Positions 24,301 to 36,318 of a stretch of DNA of 49,985 bases are shown piece by piece. Made by a program: the position numbers and the translations under genes. Source of the DNA: Jimgerdemannia flammicorona (Eukaryota); assembly GCA_003990765.1 (NCBI GenBank), contig RBNJ01000028.1, forward strand, positions 1 through 49,985, read 5' to 3'. Positions within the stretch are counted from its first letter, which is position 1, and the number at the start of each line of letters is the position of its first letter. The notes below the pieces were generated by a model, which was not told the origin of the DNA, made no database searches, and saw only the letters and a program-made list of their open reading frames with translations.

Positions 24301-27300
24301 GACTAGTTTGGGGAAAGTGGATATAAACAGATTGGGAGCCAGTTACAGTGAGTTTCTGCTATTGTCCTTCTGTGAGGGTTGAGCATATAGATTGGGTGAA
24401 GGGTCTCCAAGAGAGTGAGGCCCTCATAGAGATAGAAGTAGATATGCTTAGAGGGGACTTTAATATAGTCGGAGATGTGCTGGTAGATAGAACTGATAGA
24501 GGGTGGAAGATAGAGAATAAGATTGGTGGTCTGGAGGCATAGGAGGAAGTAGAAAGGCTAAGTGCTCTAGTGTATGCTGGCAGGGAGTTTTGGGGTAATA
24601 GGAGGGTATATATGCATTGGGTAAGTGGTCTGGAGACAAGGATTGACTGGGGTTTAATGGCAAACTACTGGGGCTTGGGTGTTTAGAAGTCACTGAAGGC
24701 TGAGTAGTATCCATGGTCTGATTATTGAGGACTGCTAGGATAGGGACATTTTGGGGGAAGTGGGAATGGGCCTAGACATTGGTGTCTCAATTCCTCTATG
24801 TTGGATAATAAGATGTTTTGGGACAAGTGAGTAAAGGATATTCAGCAGAGGGTGGAAGGTTGAATATCACAAGGAGCCCTAGTTAGTGTCTAGTGGATAA
24901 GGATGAAAGAGGCTACTAGAGTCTACTGAAGTAAAACTGGTAAGATGACTGGAAGACAGATGAGGAAGAGGACAATGTGGGCTTCTGCTAGATTGGCTAA
25001 ACTTCTAGAAGATTGGGCTGATCTGTTGGCCCTGGAGAGGGTGGAGGACTGAAGACTATTGTGGGTAAAAATAGAGATTGGGGAGTTATAACAGATATTG
25101 TGGAAGGAGGAGGAGGTACAGGTGTAGTGGTTGACAGTATAGTTATGTTGGCAGGGACTGGAAGAATGGGAGAGACTCTCTAAGTATCTCACAAGGACCT
25201 TTCAGGCAAGGAGAGTAAAGCAGAGGTGAAAGGGAATACTAGATTCTGATGGTCAGCTAGTATATAATATATAAGATATTCTCAGATTATTGAAGGAGAG
25301 GTGGAGTAATTTGTAGAGTCAGGAGGAGAATGTCTATTGGCTACTAAAGTTTTGATATTTGGCTTATTAACTGGACTTCCTAGCCTGTGTGGTAAAGAGA
25401 CTGTTGAAACTGGCCAAGGGACTGAGAGAAGGAGTGAGATTAGCTGGGAAATCTAATCTTTACCAGTAGATAGAGGGGGTCCCAGACTGATTGACTTTCT
25501 GAAGAGACTGCACTATCTGAGAGCATAGTAGCTGAAGAGAGCTGTGGAGCTGTGAGAGAGTGGCTGAGTTCCTCTGATAAAGAAGGTCTGAGAGATAAAA
25601 TCCTTGCCAAGAGGCTTTATAGGGGATCTATTATTCTTGATTGTGCTTCAGAACAATGGATATATATAGTATAAAGACTTCTGCTAGGGGGTAGCAGATG
25701 GGGTGCACCATATTGGAATTCACTGGAGGAGAGCTAAAGGAGAGTTGTCTTGGTGCCTAGTAAAAAGATAAGATAGAGTACTATTGTAGAGCATCCCCCT
25801 AATTGATTTTGATATTGGTGATAGGCTCAAGTGCCTGAAGGGACTAGGAGAGGATTTATGGCCCAGTGGATAGTAGTTGGCTGAAATTGGGGAGGAGTGA
25901 GACTGGAATGGAGTCTGGGCCTATAGTGCTGAGATATAGTGATGGCTGCCACTGAAGTACTGAGTGGTCTGATGATATATACTACAGAGAAATGTTATAC
26001 TCAACTTTCACTCAGGCCATCTTATAGAGGGGAGTAGCTTTGACTGTGAGGAGTGCTACAATATAGGACAGAAAGGGGAATTTGTGCAGATATCAGAACA
26101 TTGGCTGGGAGAGTATAAGATACTTAGCAAATTTTTGCTAGCAGTTGGGGATCAATTGTATATTGAACATAGAGGGGATGGTAAGAGGGGTCAGTAGGAG
26201 AATTTGAGAGATACATTGGTGGGGGTGGGAAAGGAGTGGCTTACTATAGATTTGGTATTAGCTAATTGGATAGGGCTGATCAGTCACTAGTTGTTTATTT
26301 TTGAGGACAGAAGGTATTTGGGTTTAGAAGTATAGCTATTGAGATAGAAAGAGTTGATGGAGGACATTCTGACAGGCTGTTGGTTAGGTTGGAGTCTATA
26401 GGGTAGTCAGTGGTATCACTTAGTAGAGAAAATCTATAGGTAGAGTGATAGGAGGGTTGGAGTAGTGGGTGGTAGAGTAGTATTCAAACATAAAGGTATG
26501 GGGGGGGGCTTCCCTATGGAGATTGGATAGTGGGAGTATAACTATATCAATAGACTGATAATAAATAGTGAGTCCAAGTGACTACAAAAATTAAAAAAAA
26601 AAAATTAAAAAGTTTAACTGATATATCAGGAGATCATCTAACTGCTGAGTGAGTATATAGTCATATTATATGAGGCTAATCTAACTATATAAATGACTGC
26701 TAGGCTATCTATAAATTTAGATGCTGTCTGGGTAGTCTTTGATGATATCACTATCAATGATATCATCTCTAATAAATTAGTCATCTAGAAAGAGTGATTC
26801 TTAGATTACTTCTCCTTATTTACTGAGATAATAATACATTGAGACCTCATCACTATCCTACAGGATAGCATCATCTGTCTCAAATGTTAGATATGGAGTT
26901 GGTGGACAAAGAATGGGTATATTGTCTTTGCTTTCATTAGATTTGCTATCTACATACCTTCTATAAGATATGGCACTATATGTTGCCAGATTGCAATAAG
27001 CTGATAGCACTACTTCATATCACTCATACTCAGATAGTGGAGTTGTTGGTTTGATCTCAAGAGTTGTCTGAAGATATAGATTATATTCTCTGGTCTCTTT
27101 ATTATAGTTAAAATAGTCAGGAATAAACATTGGTTGATTCTCATACAAGTGATCATTATCTTAATAGTGTTTATAGGTAGTTATTAACTATTATAAGTTC
27201 ATCAGTAAGGTGAGCAGGATGATCAGAGTTAACAGAGATCCTTGGCTGGAGGTCATGTCAGTATCAGAGGGATCATGATCTTTTACTTCATCATTATCAA

Positions 27301-28068
27301 ACTGGATTATATTATCAACATCCTTTATATCATATCCAACTTAAGATATTTACAAGATATGGTCATTAGAGTATAGAAAGGTTCTGTCTGTAGTTTAAAC
27401 ATACTCAATATACTTGTGGTTGCAGTTTTGTACCATATCATTAATATGGCCATAGGATAGAGTGGTAATATTTTAGTAGTAGTAACTCAGAGACAGGGAA
27501 TAAAGATGCTGTACTCATAAAAGAGTTCTCAAATGAGTTTCTGATACTGAGACATCTGAGTAATATCTGTATTATAATAGTATTTGATTATATCTTCTAG
27601 GAGGTAGCCAATCTGGTAGTAGCTTGAGATTTATCTAATTTGGTAAGCTTTACTAAGTATGTTCAGGGCATTCTATCAGACTTCCACAAAGTAAAGAGGT
27701 GCTAGACTATAAATATTTATGAGGGGCAGAGGAAGTGTAGCTCAGTTGACAATGGCATTCCAAATATCACCATAGATGCAGTTGTAAATCTTGATAGTCA
27801 TATTTGTATATATATTCAAGAGTTATAGTTGTTTGTTTGGTTTGTTGTAGTTCTCCATTTTGATACATTTGAGTATATAGTATATATGTATTTGGTCTTG
27901 ATTAGTAAGATTCCATTCATATAAATCTTATATTCTATAACTTGAAGTTTATTCAGCTTTATACTTTGTAACTTCAGTTTGACTCAACTTTATGATCTTG
28001 AAAATAATTTCTGATTTTGTTCAGAGAGTGAGATGCAATTTTAGTAGTTTGGAGATTGAGGACTTATA
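21330..28068 (-). repeat. 5' LTR of copy B, interrupted by a LINE (LTR parts 21330-21928 and ~26610-28068)
   Basis: Colinear with 2381-4442 on both sides of the LINE. PBS remnant at 21316-21326. Confidence 0.88.
21929..26609 (+). mobile_element. L1/Tx1-type LINE copy 1 (ORF1, APE endonuclease, RT core deleted, C-terminal zinc finger, poly A)
   Basis: Homologous to 44351-49985. Deletion junction at ~25328. A-rich tail 26586-26610. Imperfect TSD AAGTGTGAACTGACATAT / AAGTTTAACTGATATAT. Confidence 0.88.
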
Positions 28069-28680
28069 GTTTCTAAGAGTTATTTGCAAGATTATAGCAT
28101 TGATTATAATGAAAAATTCTTATCAGTATTCAAGCTTACTTTGCTTAAAATACTTCTTACAATTGGTGCACTATATGATCTAGAAATCCATCTGATTGAT
28201 GTTAAGACAGTCTTTCTGAATAGTGATATATATATCAAACTATATATTTGTTAACCATAAGGATACTAACTAAATAATAACCAGAATGGTGAACTTATAT
28301 ATAAACTACATAAAGGATTATATAGTATTAAGCAAGCAGTACACCTATGAAATAAAAGGATTGACAAACATCTCTTTGACAACAGATTTAAGCATTGTAA
28401 CGTAAATAATTATATATACAGCTGATAGCATAGTATTCATTAGTACATATATGGGTTGATGATATCATCATTATAGCTAGTAAAAATAGGCTTAATAGAG
28501 TAAAGAAGACTCTATGCTGAGGATTCAAGATGACTGATATGGGCAATACATTCTTCTTTTTGAGAATATTAATAATATATAACAGAAATATATATGCCAT
28601 TTACCTCTTGAAAGTGATATATATTAAAGCCATCCTCAAATACTTCTATATATACTACCATAGAGGGTCAGAGGATAGTT
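28069..28680 (+). mobile_element. Ty1/Copia RT remnant, right part
   Basis: VSKSYLQDYSIDYNEKFLSV...YDLEIHLIDVKTVFLNSD...KLHKGLYSIKQA...WVDDII (~28452). Confidence 0.85.
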
Positions 28681-29427
28681 GACTTTTGTAAAGATTGGCT
28701 CATAGTAAATGGTATAGAGCTCAACTTCAAAAGTGTAGTTATGTTGGCCTGGCTGACTATACTATACTAATTGGAGGTAAAGCCATGCTCACAACCCCCC
28801 TCCTATATATACCTAGGTATACTATACACCAATAAAGAATTTGACTTTATTAGTCTTATATTGCAGAATATGACAAAGGTGAAATAAACTCTTGGATTCT
28901 ACTATATCCATAGTCTACTCTGGTTACCAATGGTCAAGTTGGCCATCATATACACTTTCATTAGATATTAGCTAGAGTATAGCCTTCTCCTTTTATACAC
29001 TCTCTGTTCAGCTACTACTATATAGCTTTAGATATTGAAGTATCCTGAGCAGGTCTTTAATAATGCTATTGCTTAGATGGTTGGATTTTCTGGCTGACCC
29101 CTGTTTGGCAGTTCAATCCTTGGCCTCTCTTCCTTTCTCCATTATATATTAGACCTCTGGTGTATATTCCAGGCCTATTTGGATTGGTGTAGCAAGTCTG
29201 GCAACAACTTCATCAGTCTCTTTAGTGAGTACTTTGTTATATATCCTCTGAGTTCTATTATTGATAAGTTCTGGCATTGAACATCCTGGCTTAATTTCCT
29301 TAACTAATACTGGGACCTTTATCTCCAGGTCTGCAAGACTCACTTGCTTTACTCCTTTCTTCAGTTCTTCTTTTGGGATCAATTACTACAGGAATAGACT
29401 TTCTTATTCCAGGACCTTATTCAGTAT

Positions 29428-29678
29428 TTGTACTCCTAATAAATCAAATCAAAGATCTAATTCAATTTGATTTGAATCAAATCAAAGATCTAATTCAATT
29501 TGATTTGAATCAAATCAAAGATCTAATTCAATTTGATTTGAATCAAATCAAAGCTTCAATTTGATTAAAAATTCAATTTGAAACCTCAATTTGATTCAAA
29601 ATTCAATTTGAACCCTCAATTTGATTCAAATTTGATTTGATTTGAATGACCCTCAATTTGATTTGTTTAGGAGCACTA
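29428..29678. mobile_element. hAT-type MITE with internal 33-bp tandem repeats
   Basis: TIRs TTGTACTCCTAATAAATC / reverse complement TAGTGCTCCTAAACAAATC. 8-bp TSD TTCAGTAT / TTTAGTAC (each one C-to-T change from TTCAGTAC). Three 33-bp units starting at ~29442. Confidence 0.75.
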
Positions 29679-30464
29679 TTTAGTACATTATACTCTATAG
29701 CTACTTACAGTCTTGGGGGGCTGATTGAGTCCTCATCTTTCTCTCCTATCTTATGTATTCTATACTTGCCAGACACTATAGCTACTTTGGCCAACTCTAT
29801 CCCTACTCTTGTGGAGATCAGTTCAATTATGATCATCTCTATAGATATGGTTTTCTTGATGGTTTTTATTTAGCCTTCTGAGGTAATTGAGGTTGTAAGT
29901 AACTTGACTGATTCACTGTTGATGAATAGTAAGAGAAACTTCATATCTATCCTCTTCATACTCTTTATGAGACTATCTACTATACTATTAATGCTATATA
30001 TAATTCTTGTGGCCATCTTGCAGTTGGATTCTGTTTGACTAAATTACAAAGATACTTGGGTGATTGAGCAATTATAATTTTCTTTATTTCTTTCTTTCTC
30101 TCATTAATCTCAGTTGGTTCCTTGTTATTGAGAGTATATTGAGATATATATCTCATATTAGCTACTTGATGTTTGGTTGTTGATATTGTTCTTGTAGTTG
30201 ATACTGAGCTTATGTATATTTTATTTTAGCTTCTCTCTTCTTGCTTTCTGTATTTTATTATCCTTATAGCTATAACTAAATAGTTTACCCAGCCCATCCA
30301 TAGGGTTATTATCTCTCTGGCCTTTTGTTTTGTTCTTCTTAGCTAGTTGTTTACTTCACTAATATCTTTTTACTTCTCTTATCTCAGGAGTCTTTATCAT
30401 TTATTACTCCAATATATCTCTTCTTCTCTATAATGAATAAAACTCTTACTTGAACCCTAACTCT

Positions 30465-33068
30465 AACCCTTGTATCTTCAGACTACTCTTGAGATCTAAC
30501 TGACAATCTTACCTCCTAAGAATGAGCAATATAAATTATAGTCCCTGGCTTACTATTACCCAGTAACTTATAGTATAATAAACTACTAAAGATATACCAA
30601 TAGCTAATCTAATAAAAGTAAAGACCATATATCTCTTCTTTACTAACTGATAATCTATCTAATATATAAGACAGATTATACTATCTTATTAAATAGTAAC
30701 ATAGTTCCTATATATTACTATATGAATAAACAGAAGGATATAATCTAAGAACTGCTCTTTCTAGATAACTTCTTAATCAGAGATAATATTATTAATAGTG
30801 ATCTAATTGAAGAATACTTAGATAATATCTAAATCTATAGATCTATAGATAGCTTGGTTGTTATTAGTATGGCTAGATTTGCCTTATCTTCCATAACTAT
30901 ATATTAACCATGCAGTCTCCTAACCTCTTGATATATTAGTTCATACTTATACTGCATGACTATACTCTAACTCATCAAAATACTAAGTACTATATCTATA
31001 TTTAATATAGTTCAGATAGTCTCCTATTAGTATAAATATCTGCTCTCTTAGACTTTAGCAATTCAGATAATAATAAACAAAAATAGACAAGAAGAGATCA
31101 GGATAGATAAGCAAATCCAGAATACTTCCTCACAATATTCCTTTATATATTACTTCTAGTATAGTAATATTATGAATAGAAAATAAAACTATTCAATAAC
31201 CCACAACTTAATCTTAAGTAAATCTATATTATATTAGTTTCTCCTCCTAACTAGATCTTGAAATTTTCTAATTAGGTATTGTCTACAGTAATATATCAAT
31301 TCAACTAAGCTGGTCTTAGTTTTATGAACTTTCTGAAATATGGAAAATTCTAAACATCCAGAATAAATCTAAAAAAGAGACTTTGGTTGAGTTATTAATC
31401 CAATCTTAAATTGAGAATATACTCTATATAAAACTTATTTTGATCTTAAGAAAATAGTTTTCTAAAATATCTAGAACTTTCAGAAAACCCTCCCAGAACT
31501 ATATATGTAATAGTACCCTAATAATATATTCTCTTCCAACTTAATAGCAGTAGTTTATAATCCAATTCTACTTTAAGATACTTTCTTATTTAGCTATAAA
31601 TCTCTACTATAATTTCTATAAGTTAATATTAAGTTCAACCACTGAACTAGAATTTATTCCAAATTATTTGATAATCTAGAGTAAATTGAACATAATATAT
31701 AAGAATAATTAGACCTCTGCACCTATAATAAGTGGGACAAGCTTTATATATATATAAAGAAGTATTCTAATTAAATCAGTTAATAGGTGAAACCTTATTC
31801 ACTGAACTTCAGCTTTACACTCTATAAGTTTAGATGAAAAAGGTCTTATAGAAGCCTTTCTTACTCTTCTCAATAAGAGTTTTATCAGCTTAATAATTTT
31901 GAGTGATCTAGGATAACTAGCAGCTATCTTCTTAGCTTAGTATCTCACAAAGTATAAGTCTCTATAGCCAAGTGGCTCAACTCTACTGACTACTAACATA
32001 TCAGAACCAAGACTGTCTTATATTACTATTTTCAGAATTATAAGACCTATTATAATCTTAAAAAGAAGCAAGAGTAATCTTTTATTAATAAACTAACCCT
32101 GAATCAGAAGCAGGCCTAGCTGTAGCCTTACTTGAATCTAAAGCTATCTCAGAAGCAGCTTTTGATATAAGTTAATCTAAAATCTGATATATAATTAATA
32201 TATCTACTTTGATACTAAATAAATCCAACTATATGAAAATCAAAGTAAAGTGGAGAGGGGTATCTTTCTGAGTTAAATTCTAGATATACTGATAAAGAAA
32301 ATATATCTGTCTAAGGAAAAAACACACCAACAGAATAATAGAGAGTTATTTATTAAGCCCTTATATCAGATCTATTATAGTTACTCTAGTAACTTTCACA
32401 GACTCAAAGAATACTATTACTCTCTATATCAGTATCTTAAGTATATCAGTAACCCCACTATCACTAATATAATCATCTCAAGTAAATAATATAGCAAACT
32501 AACAAATCTTAGACCTTATGATTCAGATAGTTATAATAATAGCAACTATTACTACTTTAGCTGAACAGATCTGATCAATAGAGAATCTGAGTCTATCTAT
32601 CTTCAATAATACTATATAAGAAGTCTAGAGCTTTATTAGTATAGTTGATACCAACTTTCAAGTCAACTAATGGACAAATGAATAAGTGGCTTATCATTTT
32701 TTAATAAATAATCAAGACCACACTATTGAATAACTCTTTATTACTACTATGACTTAAGTCAATTGAGTTGTTATATTCTTCTAATGATCTGCTGAAGAAT
32801 AGTGATAGCCTCTTCCTGAAAAATCTCTCATATAAGATATCTGATCTATAGTTATTATCTAAAATATAGCAAATAATACTCTTGAGTATAGATATTATCC
32901 AACAGCTCCTGGGCTCAAATAACTCCTAATTGCTCAATATTGTAGTAAAATTCTAATTGTCAAATCTTAAGTTAAACTTTATAACCTCAATTTTGATATA
33001 TATATCAAGAAGAAATTTAAAACCTTTTATACAAACTTGAGTTACTCCTGAATACTATTAGTCTAGGA
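30465..33068 (+). mobile_element. Third family A copy: partial 5' LTR (to 31538), decayed PBS, gag; truncated at the Penelope-like element
   Basis: Reverse-complement homology to ~845-3420. TATAAATA at 31032. CTCTTCCA-ACT-TAATAGCAGTAG at 31531-31553. Confidence 0.85.
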
Positions 33069-36000
33069 GTAGTAGGAGGGAGTGCAACAAGAGTCAAAGG
33101 ATAGCTGAAAGGACTGATAAAAGAGACAAAACCTGAGCCTTGGTTGAAGGAGAAGAAGATGGAGAGAAGATAAGATATATAGAAGTGAGAAATAAGAATA
33201 AACTAGAAATAGAGCAGAATTTGTATTAACTGTTTATTGCTATGTAAAAGATATAGTCTTTATATACAAAATATGACATTCCAAAAGAGAAGATACACTA
33301 TTAACCAATTTTGGAACTATATGATATTTAGAGATTAGAGAGAGCCAATCTCAGTTGCAGGATAAAAATCACAAACAAACAAATCTAAATCAAGATTATA
33401 AAACATCCACAGACCTCAGAGAGATAAGTATAAGTAAGGGGTGAGGTTAGGCAGAGTGAGCTATAGTAAGCCAGAGGTGAAGCCAAAGGCTGAAGGCAGT
33501 AGAGGGGAGTAGAGTAAAGACTGAGATCTTGGAGTAAACATGAGACTCTGAAAGAGACTAGGATGTTTTTTAATCTCAATTTGGATTGGTTTGTTTGTAA
33601 TTTTTATTCTGTAACTGAGATTGGCTCTCTCCTTATCACTGACTATTATGTAGTTTCTAATTTGGTTAACTCTGTATTATAGTACATCTTTTCTTTTAGG
33701 ACATTATATTTTATATATAAGGACTGTACTTTTGTAGAGCAATAAATGGCTGATATAAATTCCACTCTGTTCTTTATCAGTTCTTTATTACTAGCTTTCC
33801 ACATATCTTATCTTTCCTCTATCTTTTTCTCCTTTGACCAAGACTTGAGTTTTATTCCTCTCACTAGCCCTTCTGTCCCTCTTCTAGCTCCTATTATATA
33901 CTCTTCTACTACTGTTACTGCTTTTGCCTCTAGGGCCCCTGCTACTGATATAGCTATAGAAGATGCTCTTTCTGTTTCTCCCTCACTTACTTCTCCTCTG
34001 CTAACATCTCTTTTGATGTCTATGTATCTTCTGCTATCCTTGCTCTCTCTCTCAACCTTTTTATCTATTTCTTATACAGTTCTACTTAGTTCTCACCCTC
34101 TCCTCCAAAGAGACTCTCTGGCCATAAGGTCTGATACTCTGACAGGGTCTGCTCTAGGTCATCTGCCTTACCTCTATCAAAAAAAGTCTAAAAGAAGATA
34201 AAGACCTCTTCTTCTTAAACTTCCCCCCAGTTTAGTTCTCCCCCAGTATCTCAGTCTCTTCTTGGAATATATCATCACTTCTGATATACTCTGAGTAGTT
34301 TCTCATGTTATTTCTCTTTCATCTTTTCCAGTTGCTTATCCTAAACTTTCAGATTTATTCTTCTTCTAGAGCTCTTTTGACCTTTTCTTTTTCTTAGTCT
34401 AACTGCCCTCTTAATCTTTTTTAAACTTTTACACTCTTCTTAGGTCCTTGTTTTGTTTTTCCAGTAACTTGTTCTTAATTTCCCTTTGTTGACCCTGCTT
34501 GTCTTAAGTGTTTTCATTATGCTATTGATCTTGCCCTCTTCTTTGAAGGTCATGCAGAGTTGTTCTCTTACTATTATATTTCTAGCAAATAGGTCCCCTA
34601 CTCTCAATATTTCTTCATATTATATATTCTAAGATATGGTCTACTTACTAACCTAGAATGGATATACTCACTTTTATTTAGTTTCAGACCATACTGTATA
34701 TATATACTATACTTAAATCAATTAAGTAACTGCCTTCATACTTACTTATAGTTACTGATAAGAACTAAGGTTTTACTCTTATTTCTCAATTACTTTACCT
34801 TAGTAGCCTTACTGCTTACCTCTACACTATAGCCTATGAGCTATATACCCTTGGATTAAATAAGATACTCTTCTTTCTCTGGATTAATTTGACTTATATA
34901 GCCTTACTTTTGATTCTCCATCTATGCCTTCTGTTTTTTACTTCTTTCTGAACTCTTTCTCCTTATCAGATATTTATCTCCTGGTTTCCTATATCCTTCT
35001 TAAAGTTTACAAGCCTTCTTTGGCTTAGTATTTTATTATAGCTACTTTTGTTCATCTACTGCTAAGGTTTCAAAATAGTTGTCCTATTTCTTTCTCTTAT
35101 AGATAGCTTTTCTTCAGTACTGTCTTGGGTCTGAGTATACTATTCTTTGTAATACTCAGAAGCTTGCACTTCTCTATTTCACTATTATACCTATTTACTA
35201 TTTTTTCCATTTGGTCTCTGGTGATTTATCCTCTTCTATACTGCTATTTATTTTGAGAAGATTGTTGATTATCTTTACCTCTTAGGATTCATTATATTCT
35301 CTTTAGATTTCTTAGTTTCATTGGTCTCTATTATTGAGCTTATGTATCTCATCTATTACTCTAATTTTTTGAGTTAACTCTTAGCTCCTTTTATCAGATT
35401 TCTGATATTACTATGAGAATGAATTGTGCTCCCACTCTTGCAAACCTTATTGGTCTGGCTCATGAACTTTGTATACTATTTGATCCTTCTTTACCTCTGG
35501 CCATTATATTTTGGACTGGAGATATCTTCTTCTACTGATATATATATTGATAACTTTATTATCCTTACTATTATTGGTATTGATATTTCTAAGATATTTT
35601 ATAGTATCTATCCTTCTCATCATTCTATTATATAGGTGTGTAATATGACCAGTATTCTCATTTTGGACCTTTTTATTTCTCTTTCTCCTTTCTGAACTAT
35701 TGTTTATTTTAAATTCCCCCATTCCTAATTATTTTCTAACTACTGTTCCAACCATCCTCAGCATACACTTCATAAGTATATTTAATATCTTGCATTATGC
35801 TGTTTTTATTAATCTAACTAGATGTCTGCTGTCTAGGTTCTGGAGAACTTTATGAGTCATTGTCAGGATTATCTTATTTCTATTATTTGTAACCTGCTTG
35901 TCTCTATTGAATAGTCTGTTATTTGCTCCTCTATTCTCTCTTCCTCTTACCCCCCTTTCCTTCTCTACCCCCTTACTCCTTCTATACCCCCTTTTTATTC

Positions 36001-36318
36001 TCTCTTCCAATTCTTATTATACTATTTGATCAAGCTTACTGGGCCATACAATATCCTGATGCAGTCTTGCACTTTTCTCTTATATCCAACAGACTGTCAT
36101 CTTTTCCTCAGTGCTCTCTTATTACTTGTTTGTATCTTTCTTTTATTTCAATACTTATTCATTACTCTTTTTTGCATTTTCATTATCTTTGAGTTTCTCT
36201 GGCTCTACTACAGAAGATTAAAAAACATTCTGATCTCCTCCAGAGTCTCATACTTGCTCTGGTGTCTCATCTTCACTCTACTCCCCTCTGCTGTCTTCAG
36301 CCCCTCAGCTTCACCTCA
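33069..36318 (+). mobile_element. Penelope-like element (PLE) with inverted terminal repeat arrangement; decayed RT at ~34900-35800
   Basis: YILLKVYKPSLA (~34990; consensus Y.LPKVHKP), LVSGDLSS.YTAI (~35211), FYQISDITMRMNCAPTLANL (~35389), YIDNFII (~35544), ILDLFI, TIVYFK, SNHPQHT (~35747). 33069-33410 is the reverse complement of 33560-33910, and 33470-33577 is the reverse complement of 36213-36318. Confidence 0.8.

Larger units (their letters stand above)
10416..28068 (-). mobile_element. Full-length chromovirus family A element (copy B, ~10.5 kb after removing three nested insertions), inserted in the Copia RT
   Basis: Two ~2.04 kb LTRs, PPT, PBS, and a 5-bp TSD ATTTC (10411-10415)/GTTTC (28069-28073). 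The Copia RT reading resumes exactly after 28068. Confidence 0.92.

Noticed and set aside
29373-29564. ORF with repeated NQIKDLIQFDL, and a CRISPR-like look of the 33-bp repeats
   Set aside because: The units are contiguous with no spacers and lie inside MITE TIRs. The ORF is a by-product of a repeat length divisible by three.
30453-30470. Telomere-like AACCCT-AACTCT-AACCCT
   Set aside because: Only three imperfect units, at or within decayed LTR sequence and not adjacent to the PLE.
33391-33700. Hammerhead ribozyme expected in PLE terminal repeats
   Set aside because: No intact CTGANGA/GAAA core could be found by eye. Decay may have erased it, so it is not claimed.
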